Shown here: positions 35,557 through 47,321 of the stretch, piece after piece
How positions within the stretch are numbered: position 1 is the stretch's first letter
How the letters are laid out: each line of letters starts with the position of its first letter
DNA from: an uncultured Methanosarcinaceae archaeon
Lineage (GTDB): Archaea; Halobacteriota; Methanosarcinia; Methanosarcinales; Methanosarcinaceae
Direction of reading: 5' to 3'
Length of the DNA: 64,000 bases
Assembly: GCA_963833425.1 (NCBI GenBank)
Contig: CAWHXP010000005.1
Coordinates: 160,001 to 224,000 of the forward strand
Position numbers and translations under genes: made by a program
The notes under the pieces: model-generated
What the model saw: the letters and a program-made list of their open reading frames with translations, nothing else
Databases searched by the model: none
Told to the model about the DNA's origin: nothing

Positions 35557-35877
35557 TTAATGACATCCTCCCCCACATGTACCGCATCCACCGGCTGCGG
35601 GGTTGCTAATAAGGAATCCTTTCCCATTTTCATCTTCAATGAAGTCAATGCTGCCATCAGAAAAGTTTTTTTCAATATCTTTTGCCATCACGAGTTTGAT
35701 CCCATTACTTTCCATCGTTACGTCTTCTTCCTTTACTTCACCATCAAACGAAAGTCCATATTGAATTCCACCGCACGAGACCCCCGCAACAAATATCCGG
35801 AGGGCAATTTCGGGCTTGCCTTCCTGTTCAATCAGTATTTTAAGTTCTGAAGCAGCTTTATCTGTTATCACAATCAT
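35557..35877 (-). CDS. HesB/IscA family Fe-S cluster assembly protein
   Basis: ITDKAA, LRIFVAGVSCGGIQYGLSFD, C-terminal NP...GCGTCGGGC. Confidence 0.9.
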   Translation of the reverse strand: MIVITDKAASELKILIEQEGKPEIALRIFVAGVSCGGIQYGLSFDGEVKEEDVTMESNGIKLVMAKDIEKNFSDGSIDFIEDENGKGFLISNPAAGGCGTCGGGCH

Positions 35878-36173
35878 TTATCCACCTCTTTTTTACTATG
35901 AAAGTTTTCTAAATGGATGCTTCTTTAATTTTGATACTATTCATCCGTTACAGCTTACAGATAATTTCCAAATGGTATATATTCTTGTATCTGACAATAT
36001 AACGTTTATTTCGAATTGGGTTTTAATTCTTCCGGAAAATACTTTTTCGAGGGAATATTTGAGAGAGCAGGACAATTATTTCTTCTGGCTAAATGCTATT
36101 ATTTTACTAATATACAAATCTACTATATATATAGTTCCCATACTTTTCCGGATAGTTTTCTACAAATTTTGAT

Positions 36174-37334
36174 TCACAGAAATTCGGCATCTTCATCCAT
36201 AGGCTGTTCCAGGACTTCTGCGTTATAGGCATTTATTTCCAGAAAATTACGCTTTCCCCTTACTTCCCATATAGGGATATACACAAGCTCCATTTCGAGA
36301 TCTATATCTTCAGCTCTTGGACCAACGCTCCTATGTTCATATATGATTGCCTGCTCTTCCATATTGTTAAAGCGCATTTCACGTGTATTTTCCTCAATAA
36401 TTAAATCTAGAATGATCTTCTCAGCCTGTTTTCTATTAACATTCGGCCTTCTTAACTCATGCTGTACTGCGGGGATTCTTGTCGGCATCCTAAAACCTTC
36501 AATTATCATCTCCTCCTTTGATTTATTTATAGCGTTAAGAAAACCTTTCCCTTTTCCAGCAATACTTAATACTTTTGATCGAAACCGTTTTTCCACCTCA
36601 ACATTATATATATATTTCCAAAAGGGTACAAATTTCAAAATTGCATCCTCAGGATTGCTGAGATAAGACTTTGCAATGTTTATCGCCTGATTTTTAGAAA
36701 AATTTGGTTCCACTGATAGTATATTGAGCGTTCCACATGAATCAATTTTGGGAATTTCAACACGTTCTAATTTATTTAAATCATTAATTTCCTCATAAGC
36801 CCTTAGCGGAGATTTGACTTCAAAAAGAGTATTATCTGGCCTCGATGACTGGCTTTGGAGTGAGAATAGTTCTTCGCTAGAGTCAGATCCCTGCCTGTAC
36901 GCATCTTCTGCCCAGCCTCCTGAATACAATTCAAAAGTTTTTGTGCTGGATGAATCCAGTATCTTATTTGTTGATGGTGCTTCTGGTCCAAAATGCGGAT
37001 TCTTTGTTTTCCTTTCTATATTTAGGAGAACCATTCTTCCTATGTGAAGGGCCAAATCGTCTCTATCCCACAAATGGATTCCAATTTCATCTGCATAGTT
37101 ACGTAATTCTCCAGAAGTTTTCTGAGTCATCACATATATTCCTTTACAGCCTTCTAACTTTTCGTAAAAGGCTTTTACTTCTTCATGATCTGGCCTTGAG
37201 GTACATCTTACATGAGCTTGATGCCTATTTTTCTCCACAATGATATCACACCGACCGGATATCGTAACACTGTATCCGGACGACTTGAAGATATCCACAA
37301 GAATTTTTAAAAGTTCTTGCTCCATTATTCTCAC
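36174..37334 (-). CDS. Hypothetical protein with an N-terminal restriction-endonuclease-like (Mrr-type) domain
   Basis: Long ORF; IFKSSGYSV...DIIVEK and YADEIGIHLWDRDDL resemble Mrr_cat; C-terminal LVYIPIW. Confidence 0.55.
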   Translation of the reverse strand: MRIMEQELLKILVDIFKSSGYSVTISGRCDIIVEKNRHQAHVRCTSRPDHEEVKAFYEKLEGCKGIYVMTQKTSGELRNYADEIGIHLWDRDDLALHIGRMVLLNIERKTKNPHFGPEAPSTNKILDSSSTKTFELYSGGWAEDAYRQGSDSSEELFSLQSQSSRPDNTLFEVKSPLRAYEEINDLNKLERVEIPKIDSCGTLNILSVEPNFSKNQAINIAKSYLSNPEDAILKFVPFWKYIYNVEVEKRFRSKVLSIAGKGKGFLNAINKSKEEMIIEGFRMPTRIPAVQHELRRPNVNRKQAEKIILDLIIEENTREMRFNNMEEQAIIYEHRSVGPRAEDIDLEMELVYIPIWEVRGKRNFLEINAYNAEVLEQPMDEDAEFL

Positions 37335-37586
37335 ACTCCTATATCCTGCACAGCTAAAATAGTTTATGTTTTACGCTTAATTACAGAAGACTTTGAAAAT
37401 CCTCTTAATTTTTTCATATGCTCATAAATTGCATAATGAATGACTCGCGAAAATCAGAAGTTTATCAAAATCCTCTATAATATTTTTATAGCCTATTTAT
37501 ATGTCAAGTTTATCATTTTTAATACTTTTTTATTATTTTTCCAAGCATGCAACTATTTAAGAAATCAAATCATAAACAAGTAGATT

Positions 37587-39566
37587 ATGAGTGGAATCAA
37601 GCTTGAAGCAGACTCGTTCTCGACATATGATGAAGGAATAAAGAGAGAATGGATTATAGGAAATGGGCTTGGAGGGTATGCTTCCTCTACAGTTATTGGG
37701 GTAGGAACAAGAACTTACCACGGACTACTTGTAGCAGCTCCAGAAAATTTGCCAGGAAGGTTTTTGCTCCTCTCATCCCTAGATGAAGAAGTTTCTTCCA
37801 CTGAAGAAATATATCGGCTTGCAACTCATAAGTATCAGGATACTATTTTTCCAATGGGCTTCAATTATCTTTCCAAATTCGTTCTTGACCCGTTTCCACT
37901 CTGGGTTTATCAGTCAGACATTTTTACCGTGAAAAAAAGGGTATTCACGATTCATAACAGTAATACAATCTGTCTTCTCTATGATATAAATTCCAGAAAA
38001 GAGGGTACTTTGTTAAGAATTTTTCCTTTAGTAAACTCCAGAAATTTCCATCGCACTATTCGCTCAGGAGACCTCTCCTTTTCCCAAAAGGCTGACTCTA
38101 CAGGTGTGAAACTAGAATGCTCTAGCGGTTTTACTTTATCTCTTGCATCCAATCTTCAGTATCATCCTGATTCGAAGTGGTACTACAATTTTGTTTATGA
38201 CACTGAAAAACAACGTAAATCCAACTTCCAGGAAGATAATTTCAATCCAGGCTATTTTGAAAGCAAAATCAAACTGGGAACGTCACGATTTTTTATTGCT
38301 GCTTCAACCAGAGATATTTCATGTTTCACTATCGAAAGAGTTGATGAACTTTATAGTAAAGAAACATCTCGACATAAGCTTCTCAATTTTAATTCAAAAC
38401 TTAATGAAACCTTTGCCCTCAAGCTTCTTAGGGCAACTGACTCTTTTATAATAAAAAAACCTTACTCGGGTGAGAGCACAGTGATTGCGGGATATCACTG
38501 GTACGCTGATTGGGGGCGAGATACCATGATTTCTCTGCCTGGCCTACTATTAATTCCTCAACGCTATGATGAAGCCAAGCACATTCTCCAAAACTTTTCC
38601 AAAAATTGTAGAAAAGGCTTGATCCAGAACGCTTCTCTGACTCTTGGAGGAGAACCAATTTACAATACAGTGGACGCTTCTCTCTGGTTTATTCATGCCG
38701 TTGGATACTATTTCGCATATACAAAGGATTTCCTGCTTCTAGAGGATCTCTGGAATACCATAGATAGTATCATAGATAATTACCTTAACGGCACAGACTT
38801 TGGAATTGGCATGGATTCTGATTATCTAATTAGGCAAGGGCCTCAACTAACCTGGATGGATGCAAAAGTAGGAGAACAGCCAGTAACTCCAAGAGCAGGC
38901 AAAACGTGTGAAATCAATGCCCTCTGGTATAATGCTCTAAAAACCGCGTCCAATCTAGGAACTATTCTAGGCAAAAACATTTCTTTATATGAGGCTCTTG
39001 CATCTGGGGTAGCTTCAAACTTTGAGAATTTTTTCTGGAACTTGGAAAATAACTGCCTTTTTGACCTCGTATATAAGGGCGAAGGAGGAAAACAGGTTAA
39101 AGATCCTGCTATCCGGCCGAATCAGATATTTGCTGTAGCACTTCCTTACACTATGCTTCCTTCTGAGAAAGAAAAAGATATTGTGGACAGAGTTAAAAAA
39201 GATCTTTTGACCCCTTTTGGGCTCAGAACTCTTTCGAGTGATCATCCATCTTATATAGGACACTATTTCGGAGATTCAGTAACTAGAGATACAGCTTATC
39301 ATAATGGGACCGTCTGGCCTTGGCTCCTAGGCGCTTATGTGAAAGCTTACAGGAAAGTTCATAATTACTCAAAAAATAGTTTTGAAGAGATGCGGAATCT
39401 CCTACAGGGGTTTGAGATGCACCTTGAAATTGCAGGCGTCGGCACCATTTCCGAAGTTTTTGACGGTGACTATCCTCATTCTCCTGGTGGCTGCATTGCC
39501 CAAGCCTGGAGCGTTGCAGAGATTTTAAGGGCATATGTAGAGGATGTACTTGGGATTAAACCTTGA
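37587..39566 (+). CDS. Amylo-alpha-1,6-glucosidase (archaeal glycogen debranching enzyme)
   Basis: REWIIGNGLGGYASS, IAGYHWYADWGRDTMISLPG, LTWMDAKV, EINALWYNAL, YHNGTVWPW, AQAWSVAE. Confidence 0.95.
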   Translation: MSGIKLEADSFSTYDEGIKREWIIGNGLGGYASSTVIGVGTRTYHGLLVAAPENLPGRFLLLSSLDEEVSSTEEIYRLATHKYQDTIFPMGFNYLSKFVLDPFPLWVYQSDIFTVKKRVFTIHNSNTICLLYDINSRKEGTLLRIFPLVNSRNFHRTIRSGDLSFSQKADSTGVKLECSSGFTLSLASNLQYHPDSKWYYNFVYDTEKQRKSNFQEDNFNPGYFESKIKLGTSRFFIAASTRDISCFTIERVDELYSKETSRHKLLNFNSKLNETFALKLLRATDSFIIKKPYSGESTVIAGYHWYADWGRDTMISLPGLLLIPQRYDEAKHILQNFSKNCRKGLIQNASLTLGGEPIYNTVDASLWFIHAVGYYFAYTKDFLLLEDLWNTIDSIIDNYLNGTDFGIGMDSDYLIRQGPQLTWMDAKVGEQPVTPRAGKTCEINALWYNALKTASNLGTILGKNISLYEALASGVASNFENFFWNLENNCLFDLVYKGEGGKQVKDPAIRPNQIFAVALPYTMLPSEKEKDIVDRVKKDLLTPFGLRTLSSDHPSYIGHYFGDSVTRDTAYHNGTVWPWLLGAYVKAYRKVHNYSKNSFEEMRNLLQGFEMHLEIAGVGTISEVFDGDYPHSPGGCIAQAWSVAEILRAYVEDVLGIKP

Positions 39567-40227
39567 AAGCTGAATTAGGATTAAATGATCCTTATTTTTA
39601 AAAGTTAAATGCTAAATATTATCGAAAAACCAAATTTCGAATGGCTTAAATAAAGTCTACATATTCCCGTAAAAAGGCAGATTAACCCTGTTCTCCTGTA
39701 TGCTTCCTGAGGAACAAAAAGTAATCAGATCTTTCAAAGTAGAAAATATTTAATTTTTATACTGTTTTTCAAACCTGCTCTCACAAATATATTACAAAAA
39801 AATTGATTGGTGATGGGGAGTGAATTCGAAAGAGTCAATGAGTGCGCTGAAGGTGAGTTAATGTAAGTTACAGAAAGTGAGTTGTGAAAATAAGCCATAG
39901 AAAATGAGCCCTAATAATTAGGTTTATTTATCGTTTTGTTTATCAAATTTAAAAAAGTACATTTCAAATGTTTGGGAAAAATAGATGACATTTTTGTGCT
40001 CATAGTCTCCAATAACTCATCCTCAAAACAATAATTTAAGAAATTATAAACTTGTAATTTTTTATTATTCCAGAGTTCCAAGGCAAAGATTATTTAACGG
40101 CTTTATTTATATATTGCTCTAATCTCGTATTTCTTAGCATATTCGTAATTTTTTACTTTAAAACGAATATATATATATCCTCTGAAGTAATCTAAATTCA
40201 TCTGTCTTAATCAATATTATAGAGGAG

Positions 40228-41604
40228 ATGGTAGGCATAAAATCAATAATTCTCGCAGGCGGCTCAGGAATGCGACTTTGGCCCCTCAGCAGGGAAATGT
40301 GTCCCAAACAATTTTTAAAATTGGGTAAATTTTCTCTCTTCCAGGAGACTGTGCTTCGCTGTCTTGAAATTTCCGATATCTCGGAAATTTTTGTTGTGAC
40401 CAATGAAGAACAAAAATTTTTCGTAATTGACCAAATTAAAGAAATAGGATATTCGATTCCTACTAAAAATGTCTTAATAGAGCCTGAAAGCAAGAATACA
40501 CTTCCTGCAATCTTCTTTGGAATGAGAGAAATTGAGAAAAAATTTGGGAATTCCATAGTAGGAGTCTTTTCTTCAGATCATGTCCTTGATATATCTGCGA
40601 TGAAAATAATTTCTTCAGCTGAAAATCTGACTTCTGATTTTCTTGTTACCTTCGGAGTTGTTCCCATTTCCCCTCATACAGGATATGGCTATATTAAAAC
40701 ATCAGAATTTTGTGAACCGGGATATAAGGTTTCAGAATTCAGAGAAAAGCCGGATTTAGAAACTGCCGAGAAATATATTAAAGAAGGTTGTCTTTGGAAT
40801 AGTGGAATGTTCCTCTTCAAGACTGAGATTTTCTTTGAAGAAGTTAAAAAACATGCGCCATCTGTATTCGCCTGTTTTGATAAATATGAGAACATTAATG
40901 AAATTTATGAAAATGTGAAGAAAATTTCCATTGATTATGGAATAATGGAAAAATCCGATCGAGTAGTAGTTGTAGAGCTAGACCAGAAATGGAGCGACCT
41001 TGGGAATTTTTCGGCAATTTATGATGAGCTCGAAAAAGATTCTGTAGGGAACGTTGTCTATGAATGTGATCCTTTACTACTTAATTCTGATGGAAACTTG
41101 ATATATTCAAAATGTGGCAAAATTGTTTCACTCATAGATATTAAGGACATGATCGTCGTTGATACCAATGATGCTCTACTAATCTGTCCCAAATCTAGTA
41201 GTCAAAAGGTGAAGGAGATTGTCTCTGAGCTTAAGAACAGGAATGATCAGAGAGCATATATCGGGCAGACAGTCTACCGGCCATGGGGTTCTTATACTTT
41301 ACTAGAAGAATCTCAAGGGCATAAAATAAAGAATATCACTGTACTTCCTGATCAGAAGCTAAGTCTCCAACTTCATTACCACAGAAGTGAGCACTGGGTA
41401 ATTATAAAAGGGATGGCTTGGGTTGAAGTTAATAACCAGAAGTTTTTCCTGAGGCCTGGAGAAGGTACTTTTATAAAAGCCGGTGAAAAACACAGGTTGT
41501 CTAATCCTGGGAAGATGCCGCTTGAGATTATTGAGGTGCAGTTCGGAGAACTTTTGGAAGAAACAGATATTGTTAGGTTTGATGATTTGTATGGAAGGAG
41601 CTGA
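40228..41604 (+). CDS. manC: Mannose-1-phosphate guanylyltransferase / mannose-6-phosphate isomerase
   Basis: ILAGGSGMRLWPLSR...PKQF, WNSGMF, SIDYGIMEK, WSDLG, cupin RPWG...SLQLHYHRSEHW. Confidence 0.95.
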   Translation: MVGIKSIILAGGSGMRLWPLSREMCPKQFLKLGKFSLFQETVLRCLEISDISEIFVVTNEEQKFFVIDQIKEIGYSIPTKNVLIEPESKNTLPAIFFGMREIEKKFGNSIVGVFSSDHVLDISAMKIISSAENLTSDFLVTFGVVPISPHTGYGYIKTSEFCEPGYKVSEFREKPDLETAEKYIKEGCLWNSGMFLFKTEIFFEEVKKHAPSVFACFDKYENINEIYENVKKISIDYGIMEKSDRVVVVELDQKWSDLGNFSAIYDELEKDSVGNVVYECDPLLLNSDGNLIYSKCGKIVSLIDIKDMIVVDTNDALLICPKSSSQKVKEIVSELKNRNDQRAYIGQTVYRPWGSYTLLEESQGHKIKNITVLPDQKLSLQLHYHRSEHWVIIKGMAWVEVNNQKFFLRPGEGTFIKAGEKHRLSNPGKMPLEIIEVQFGELLEETDIVRFDDLYGRS

Positions 41605-42393
41605 TGCGAAGCTCATAATCTTATAGCATTAGACTAAAAAACATTTGTTTCGCATAATTTTCGTAATGAGACCCCTGTTATTTATATCGCTAAAAAACCA
41701 ACTAAAGTCCTATATCTATGTTGGATAATTGATATTAAACCTGAATAAATTGTACTTGTAGGATGCCACACGGAACAAATAAATTTTACTTTGGCATATA
41801 TTATGAAGAGAAGGCAACTATTCAAGTAGTCTTGTGGATAATTAATTAAGTTTTTAATAAATAAAGTTCGTCTAGTTACTCAAAAACTATCTAATAAAAT
41901 TTAGATGAAGTTCGATGCATTTGAGCATTGAGAGCTTGAATTTTTTTAACAATGATTTTAACTTATGAAAACTATTACTGATTTTGCTCTTCAAGATGAA
42001 TATATAATTATTCGGTTAGTTTGAAACAAACTTGCTGAAATTTATTTCTTAATTAATTAAAATTTTTTTCGCATAATCTTAGAGTCCATATATTTTAACA
42101 AAAAAGTTTTCTGAAACAAACCTGAAGCTGAAGCAAACACCGTGCTAAACTGATTTTATTACAGCAAGAGAAATTAACACAATAATATGGAGTCTTGTTA
42201 CGAATAGCAAGATATACTAAGACGAAATCGGATATCAAAAGAGCGAAATTCGTAAGAGAAAGATTGTTGAGACTGAGACATTCTCATTTGATACATGTAT
42301 AAAAATAACTAGTAAAATAATCGCAATCATGGATAACAAGAATGGATGAAGAATACTTTAGGAATCAGTTTAGTCGCTTGCTTATATTTTAAA

Positions 42394-43095
42394 TCAGGAG
42401 CAAGATATCAATAGAGCTCTCGCAGGTGCGCCGTCACAATCTTCAATTTTCAGAGGCAAGCACAGGAAAAAATAAATCCCTGCTTCCACCAAACTGAGCT
42501 CTAGGCACTCCACTATGTTTACGTTTCCTGAAAGTAGTATTCTGTGAGCAGGCAGGATTTTTGAATGAAAATTATCGATGGAAAAGCTGTCTATTCCAAC
42601 AGTTTTGAACTTCTTTTCGACAATCCATGATGCTGCACTTGCGTCAAGATATGTGGAGCCAAACTCTTTTTTCCTTGAATCCTTATTTTGATAGCCGATA
42701 TCCTCGGTACCTTTTTGTTTACGAGACGAATTTTTTGTTTTCAGAAGCAGAATTGAAACATCTTCAGAAGCCCCTACATTCTGGAGAGTTTTTTCAAGAA
42801 TATCGGCAGTCAATGAACCTTTCAATGAAGAATAATCGAGAATTACTGCTATTCCCATCAAGCTATCCAGTTCCAATTTGTCAACAGGTATGCCGGTGCT
42901 CAAGACATGAGAAGGAGCATCTACATGCGTGCCTGTATGGCTTTCTAAAATCAACTTAGATACCACATAGCCTTCATTTTCAAGAGTACAGATACTCTCG
43001 ATTATAGGTTCTTGGTCTCCTGGGAAGATTTTCGTAAAAGGAGAAATTGGGGTTGAAATGTCGATGACTTTTCTCTTCATCAGAATCTTCTCCAC
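42394..43095 (-). CDS. Cyclase family protein (kynurenine formamidase-like)
   Basis: FPGD, HTGTHVDAPSH, VGIDSFSID, H..LL..NV.IVE, DGAPARA. Confidence 0.9.
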   Translation of the reverse strand: MEKILMKRKVIDISTPISPFTKIFPGDQEPIIESICTLENEGYVVSKLILESHTGTHVDAPSHVLSTGIPVDKLELDSLMGIAVILDYSSLKGSLTADILEKTLQNVGASEDVSILLLKTKNSSRKQKGTEDIGYQNKDSRKKEFGSTYLDASAASWIVEKKFKTVGIDSFSIDNFHSKILPAHRILLSGNVNIVECLELSLVEAGIYFFLCLPLKIEDCDGAPARALLISCS

Positions 43096-43492
43096 GATAG
43101 CATCTTATTCCATATGGATAAAGTATTTGTTCATGCACTAATATGTATTCCACGCATAGAGTGAATTTTTTATGATCTATTTTTGAAAGCTCGTTTCCCT
43201 CATAAATTGTTCTCGCAGTAAAGATATTCTTGTATTTTCTACACTTTTTGCAACCGAAAACAGAGATATGTAAGATCTTTTTTGACAACAATAAATCTTC
43301 GATACCTTATTATGCTTAGTTTCTGAGATATATTGTTTCTTTAATTAAATTTTCCTCATCCAGGGTACATGTATAACCAAAAAAGCTGATTTTCCCACCA
43401 GTTAGTCGATTTTATTCCCGAAATACACATCGTACCATTTTTTTGGTTTCTAACAAATCTTATATATAACAAAAGAATATGGTGACTCAGGC

Positions 43493-44554
43493 ATGGAAAA
43501 GCGCACTGAATACGAAACTGGCTCTTTTAGTAGTTACCTTTCCAAAGGCTGCAGGCTTTGCCAGGAGGGGGCAAAAATGGTACTCTTTGTAACAGGCCTT
43601 TGCCCAAAAAGCTGTTTTTATTGCCCACTTTCCGATGAAAAACGTGGGAAAGATATTGTTTTTGCAAACGAGAGACCCGTAAAAAGCGATGAGGACATCC
43701 TTAAGGAAGCTGTGCTTATGGATGCTCTGGGGACTGGAATTACAGGTGGTGAACCACTTCTGAAAATCGAAAAAGTCCTACACTACATTCGAATTCTGAA
43801 ATCTTCTTTCGGACAGGATCACCATATCCATCTCTACACTTCTCAGAGTCCTGACAGGCAGATACTTAAAAAACTTGCTGACGTCGGCCTTGATGAAATT
43901 CGGTTACATCCACCACAAGAAATCTGGTTAGATCTAAAACACAGTTATTATGCTGATAGCTTACAAAATGCAAAAAAACTTGGTATAGATGCTGGAATTG
44001 AGATTCCTTCCATTGAAGGAACAGAAAAAGTTGCAGCTTTTGCAGAATATCTAGGAGTTTTCCTTAACCTGAATGAATTAGAGTTTTCCGACAATAATTC
44101 AAAAGCTCTCCTAAAAAACGGTTTTTCCCTTAAATCAGATACTTCCAACGCGGTTGCAGGCTCCCATAAATATGCTGAAGCTACTTCCTCCATATGCAAA
44201 AGAGTACATTTTTGTTCTTCAATCCATAAGGATGCAGTCCAGCTACGTAAAAGGTTTCAGCGAATTGCAAAGAATATGGCAAGAGAGTTTGATGAAATCA
44301 CTGGAGACGGTACTCTTGTATATGGAATTATTGAACACGTAGATCCAAAACTTACAGAAAAGATACTGATGGACATGGAAATTCCATTAGAATTGTTTGA
44401 AGTAAAAAACGGGAGAATAGAAATAGCTTGGTGGATCCTTGAAGAACTAAAGGAAGATATTAAAGAAAAATTAAAATCACTTGGTGCCAGGCTTCTCATT
44501 ATTGAAAGATATCCATTTGAAGATGGATTACTTGTAGAACTGATTCCTCTTTAA
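43493..44554 (+). CDS. Radical SAM protein (conserved archaeal, COG2108-like)
   Basis: GCRLCQEGAKMVLFVTGLCPKSCFYCP (CxxxCxxC), TGGEP, HIHLYT, GLDEIRLHP, NLNELE. Confidence 0.92.
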   Translation: MEKRTEYETGSFSSYLSKGCRLCQEGAKMVLFVTGLCPKSCFYCPLSDEKRGKDIVFANERPVKSDEDILKEAVLMDALGTGITGGEPLLKIEKVLHYIRILKSSFGQDHHIHLYTSQSPDRQILKKLADVGLDEIRLHPPQEIWLDLKHSYYADSLQNAKKLGIDAGIEIPSIEGTEKVAAFAEYLGVFLNLNELEFSDNNSKALLKNGFSLKSDTSNAVAGSHKYAEATSSICKRVHFCSSIHKDAVQLRKRFQRIAKNMAREFDEITGDGTLVYGIIEHVDPKLTEKILMDMEIPLELFEVKNGRIEIAWWILEELKEDIKEKLKSLGARLLIIERYPFEDGLLVELIPL

Positions 44555-44599
44555 GGATTGTGTACCTGGAAAATATAGTGCTAAGGAAAATAATCAAAG

Positions 44600-45080
44600 T
44601 TCCAGCTTGTTCCCCGCTACAAGCAACTGCATATATTTATACCTCTCTCTATAGATAAATTATTCAAAATCAAATATTCTAATTTGTCTATATGATTCTT
44701 CTTCTCCATAGGTCCCTGATTTTCAACATAGTTTTTTATTAAATCGAAAGTTGTACCATAATCCATAATTCCAATGTAATACCCCTCAGTCCAAAGTTTA
44801 CAATCCAAAAGCTGTATTTTAATCCCGTGTCATTTTTTTTAATTCTTATTGCTACGCTACTTTGTACAATCTGCATCACTCTTGAAGGGAAATATTTTTT
44901 TCAAAATCAATGGAAAGATGTACTTAGATATCATTAGTACAGATTGTATCAAAATCAAAAGTACATTCGACTAATTCCAAAGCGAATATATTTAAAATAT
45001 TTGATGATAGCACTGTCTTAAAAAAATAGTTTACTGTACTTAATACAAAAACCCGATTAGATCTTATTTCCTTAAAAAAG
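44600..45080 (-). mobile_element. IS200-family TnpA remnant
   Basis: LWTEGYYIG...GTTFDLIKNYVENQG; upstream part frameshifted. Confidence 0.7.
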
Positions 45081-46329
45081 ATTATATTAAATATCTACAT
45101 TTTTATATTGTAAAGGTGGATTGAAATATATAGCCATTACTTTCATTAGCGATTTTTGGAAAAGTTCCCACTTCCGTAGCAAGTTATGGTGCATTCGACT
45201 GGAATAAACGAAGGTTTTCTTAACCTCACTCTTTTTTAAACATTGAAAGTATCGCATTTTGGACAGAAAGTTCGTTCCAATTTCGGTTTTCAAAACATTC
45301 TTAAAATCGATAGTTGAATTGCCATCATAGTTCAAAATGTGACTTGAGAACATATGTAAAATTATTTTTGGAATAATTCCACTACCCAAATAGATTGAAT
45401 AATCCAAATTATCAAAAATAGTAAACAAATATTGTGGTTTAGGCATTAAATTAAAGTTTTAATGATAATAATCATCAGCATATTCTGTGAAAAATAGCAG
45501 CAATGTTTTTACTAGATATGACGATAATATTTTTCCTCCAAGTTTGGGTTATATCAGAAAAATAAGACGATGGTGCATACGGGTCAATAAGCGGCTCTTG
45601 GATTGTAGTAATAAGTGATTGATACGTTCTTCAGGATAGAGTTAGCCAATCTACTTCTTTTACATGTCCGAGCTTCTAATAAAACATCACGTTGTTGTTG
45701 ACTAAAAATGTAACTCGAAGTACATATGGTGTCGAGCAACCTGTAAAGGATAGGTTACGCTTGATGGGCCGCACGCCCGGAGCCTTGGGAATAGTTTAGT
45801 ATCCTTTGACAATTCTTTAATATGGAGTTGCATTCCCATCTCATGTACCCATTATACCAAGAACATAGAAATTCTCAGTTGATGAATGTATAAAAATAAG
45901 TCGTGGGATAATAGTAATTATGGGGGGGAAATGGTGGAGATGGTATGTGATGAGATAACGCCGTGTACTTTTATACCAAATAATGAAAGAAAAATTGTCA
46001 CAATTCTGGAAAAAGAGACTGAAATGAATACTTGAGGAACAGTTTATTCAGAGACTTCAATAAAAAAATTAAAAGAAAATATCTAAATTCATTAATGTAT
46101 ACTTAGTGCAGAAAAATGTAAAGATACGGGGAATTAACCAAATATTTAATAAAGTTGGAAGATCAAATGGTAAGAATAAGAGGGATGTAGTGTTAAAAAT
46201 AGATCAAGATATAACGAAATTGGAATTATTTACAAAAACAGAGGAATATGCCCCTATTCTATTAAATACAAATTGTACGTTTTTTTATTGCCTTACAATC
46301 AAATGAATGTTTTACAACATGAAATTTTG

Positions 46330-47200
46330 GCCAATCTGATTAAGAATAGATAAATTCTTGAATATATGGATTATATGCAATTTACTCTGTGTATGTCTCA
46401 TTGCATAGATTTACAGTGCACCATAATATGGAAAACTGTGACAAAACTTTAAAAATTCTCAAAAAAATGTCAGTTGCTTCTATTTATTAGTATATACAAA
46501 AAAATTGATCAGTATATTAATTTCAGACAAGTTTTAGATCTAGATGAAAAATACAATGCAAAATCAACTATTTATTTGTCGTCTGTGATTCAGTGAATGG
46601 GGATTTTACATTCATAATTGAGGCTCTGATGGAGAAATGGGTTATATTTTTAGTGGAGGATGGAGTAGAACTGACAGTATGTATGGGGGATATGACAACC
46701 CATAGAAATCAAAAGAAAAAACAAAAGCTAAAAAGTGCTCAAAAAAAATATTAGTTTCATAAATCGTTATTTGCAGTTCAAAAATCCGAAAATTTGTGAA
46801 CTGCTGGCAAAAGCAGGCTTTACTTATGATTCCACTTTCAGTTGTCGTAATTGTTCCGGATTCTGGAAATAAATGCCACCCTTTCGGTCCATATTAAACC
46901 TTAACACAAGAGAAGAAATTGATATCTCTAATCCCCTCTAAACATGATCGATACAATTCATTTCAGCCAGATGGATCTAGACTTCAAACAAGCATGGGAA
47001 CCTACAGAAAAGCTTATCTTTACAATTAAAAGTCACGGAAAAGTGCCTGCCATCATCTGACATAACGCATCTATGCAAGCACATCTACTCAAGAGACCTA
47101 TTGGATCTGATATAACAATTTTGCAATATTGTTACTAGAAGGGGGTCTGGATGACATCTGAAACTCAGAGTTGCCCCTAATGGCAGAAAAATTATGGTAC
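46330..47200 (+). pseudogene. Polysaccharide deacetylase family, heavily decayed
   Basis: Fragments LDLDEKYNAKST, ELLAKAGFTYDSTF and NLNTREEIDI. Confidence 0.6.
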
Positions 47201-47321
47201 TATAAACAAAATGAATTAAAAAATAATTTCAAAGAAAAAGCATAATCTGCGATAAAGGTAATCTACCTCAAAAAAATGATTATTTAATTAGCAAGTAATT
47301 TGTATATTAAAATTTATTATT

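Noticed and set aside
43493..44554. Radical SAM enzyme as the maturase of the Gly/Cys peptide
   Set aside because: About 15 kb away, lacks SPASM/RRE features and looks like a conserved archaeal housekeeping family
45087..45850. Possible decayed gene on the minus strand
   Set aside because: Stops and frameshifts with no motif I could assign; left uncalled
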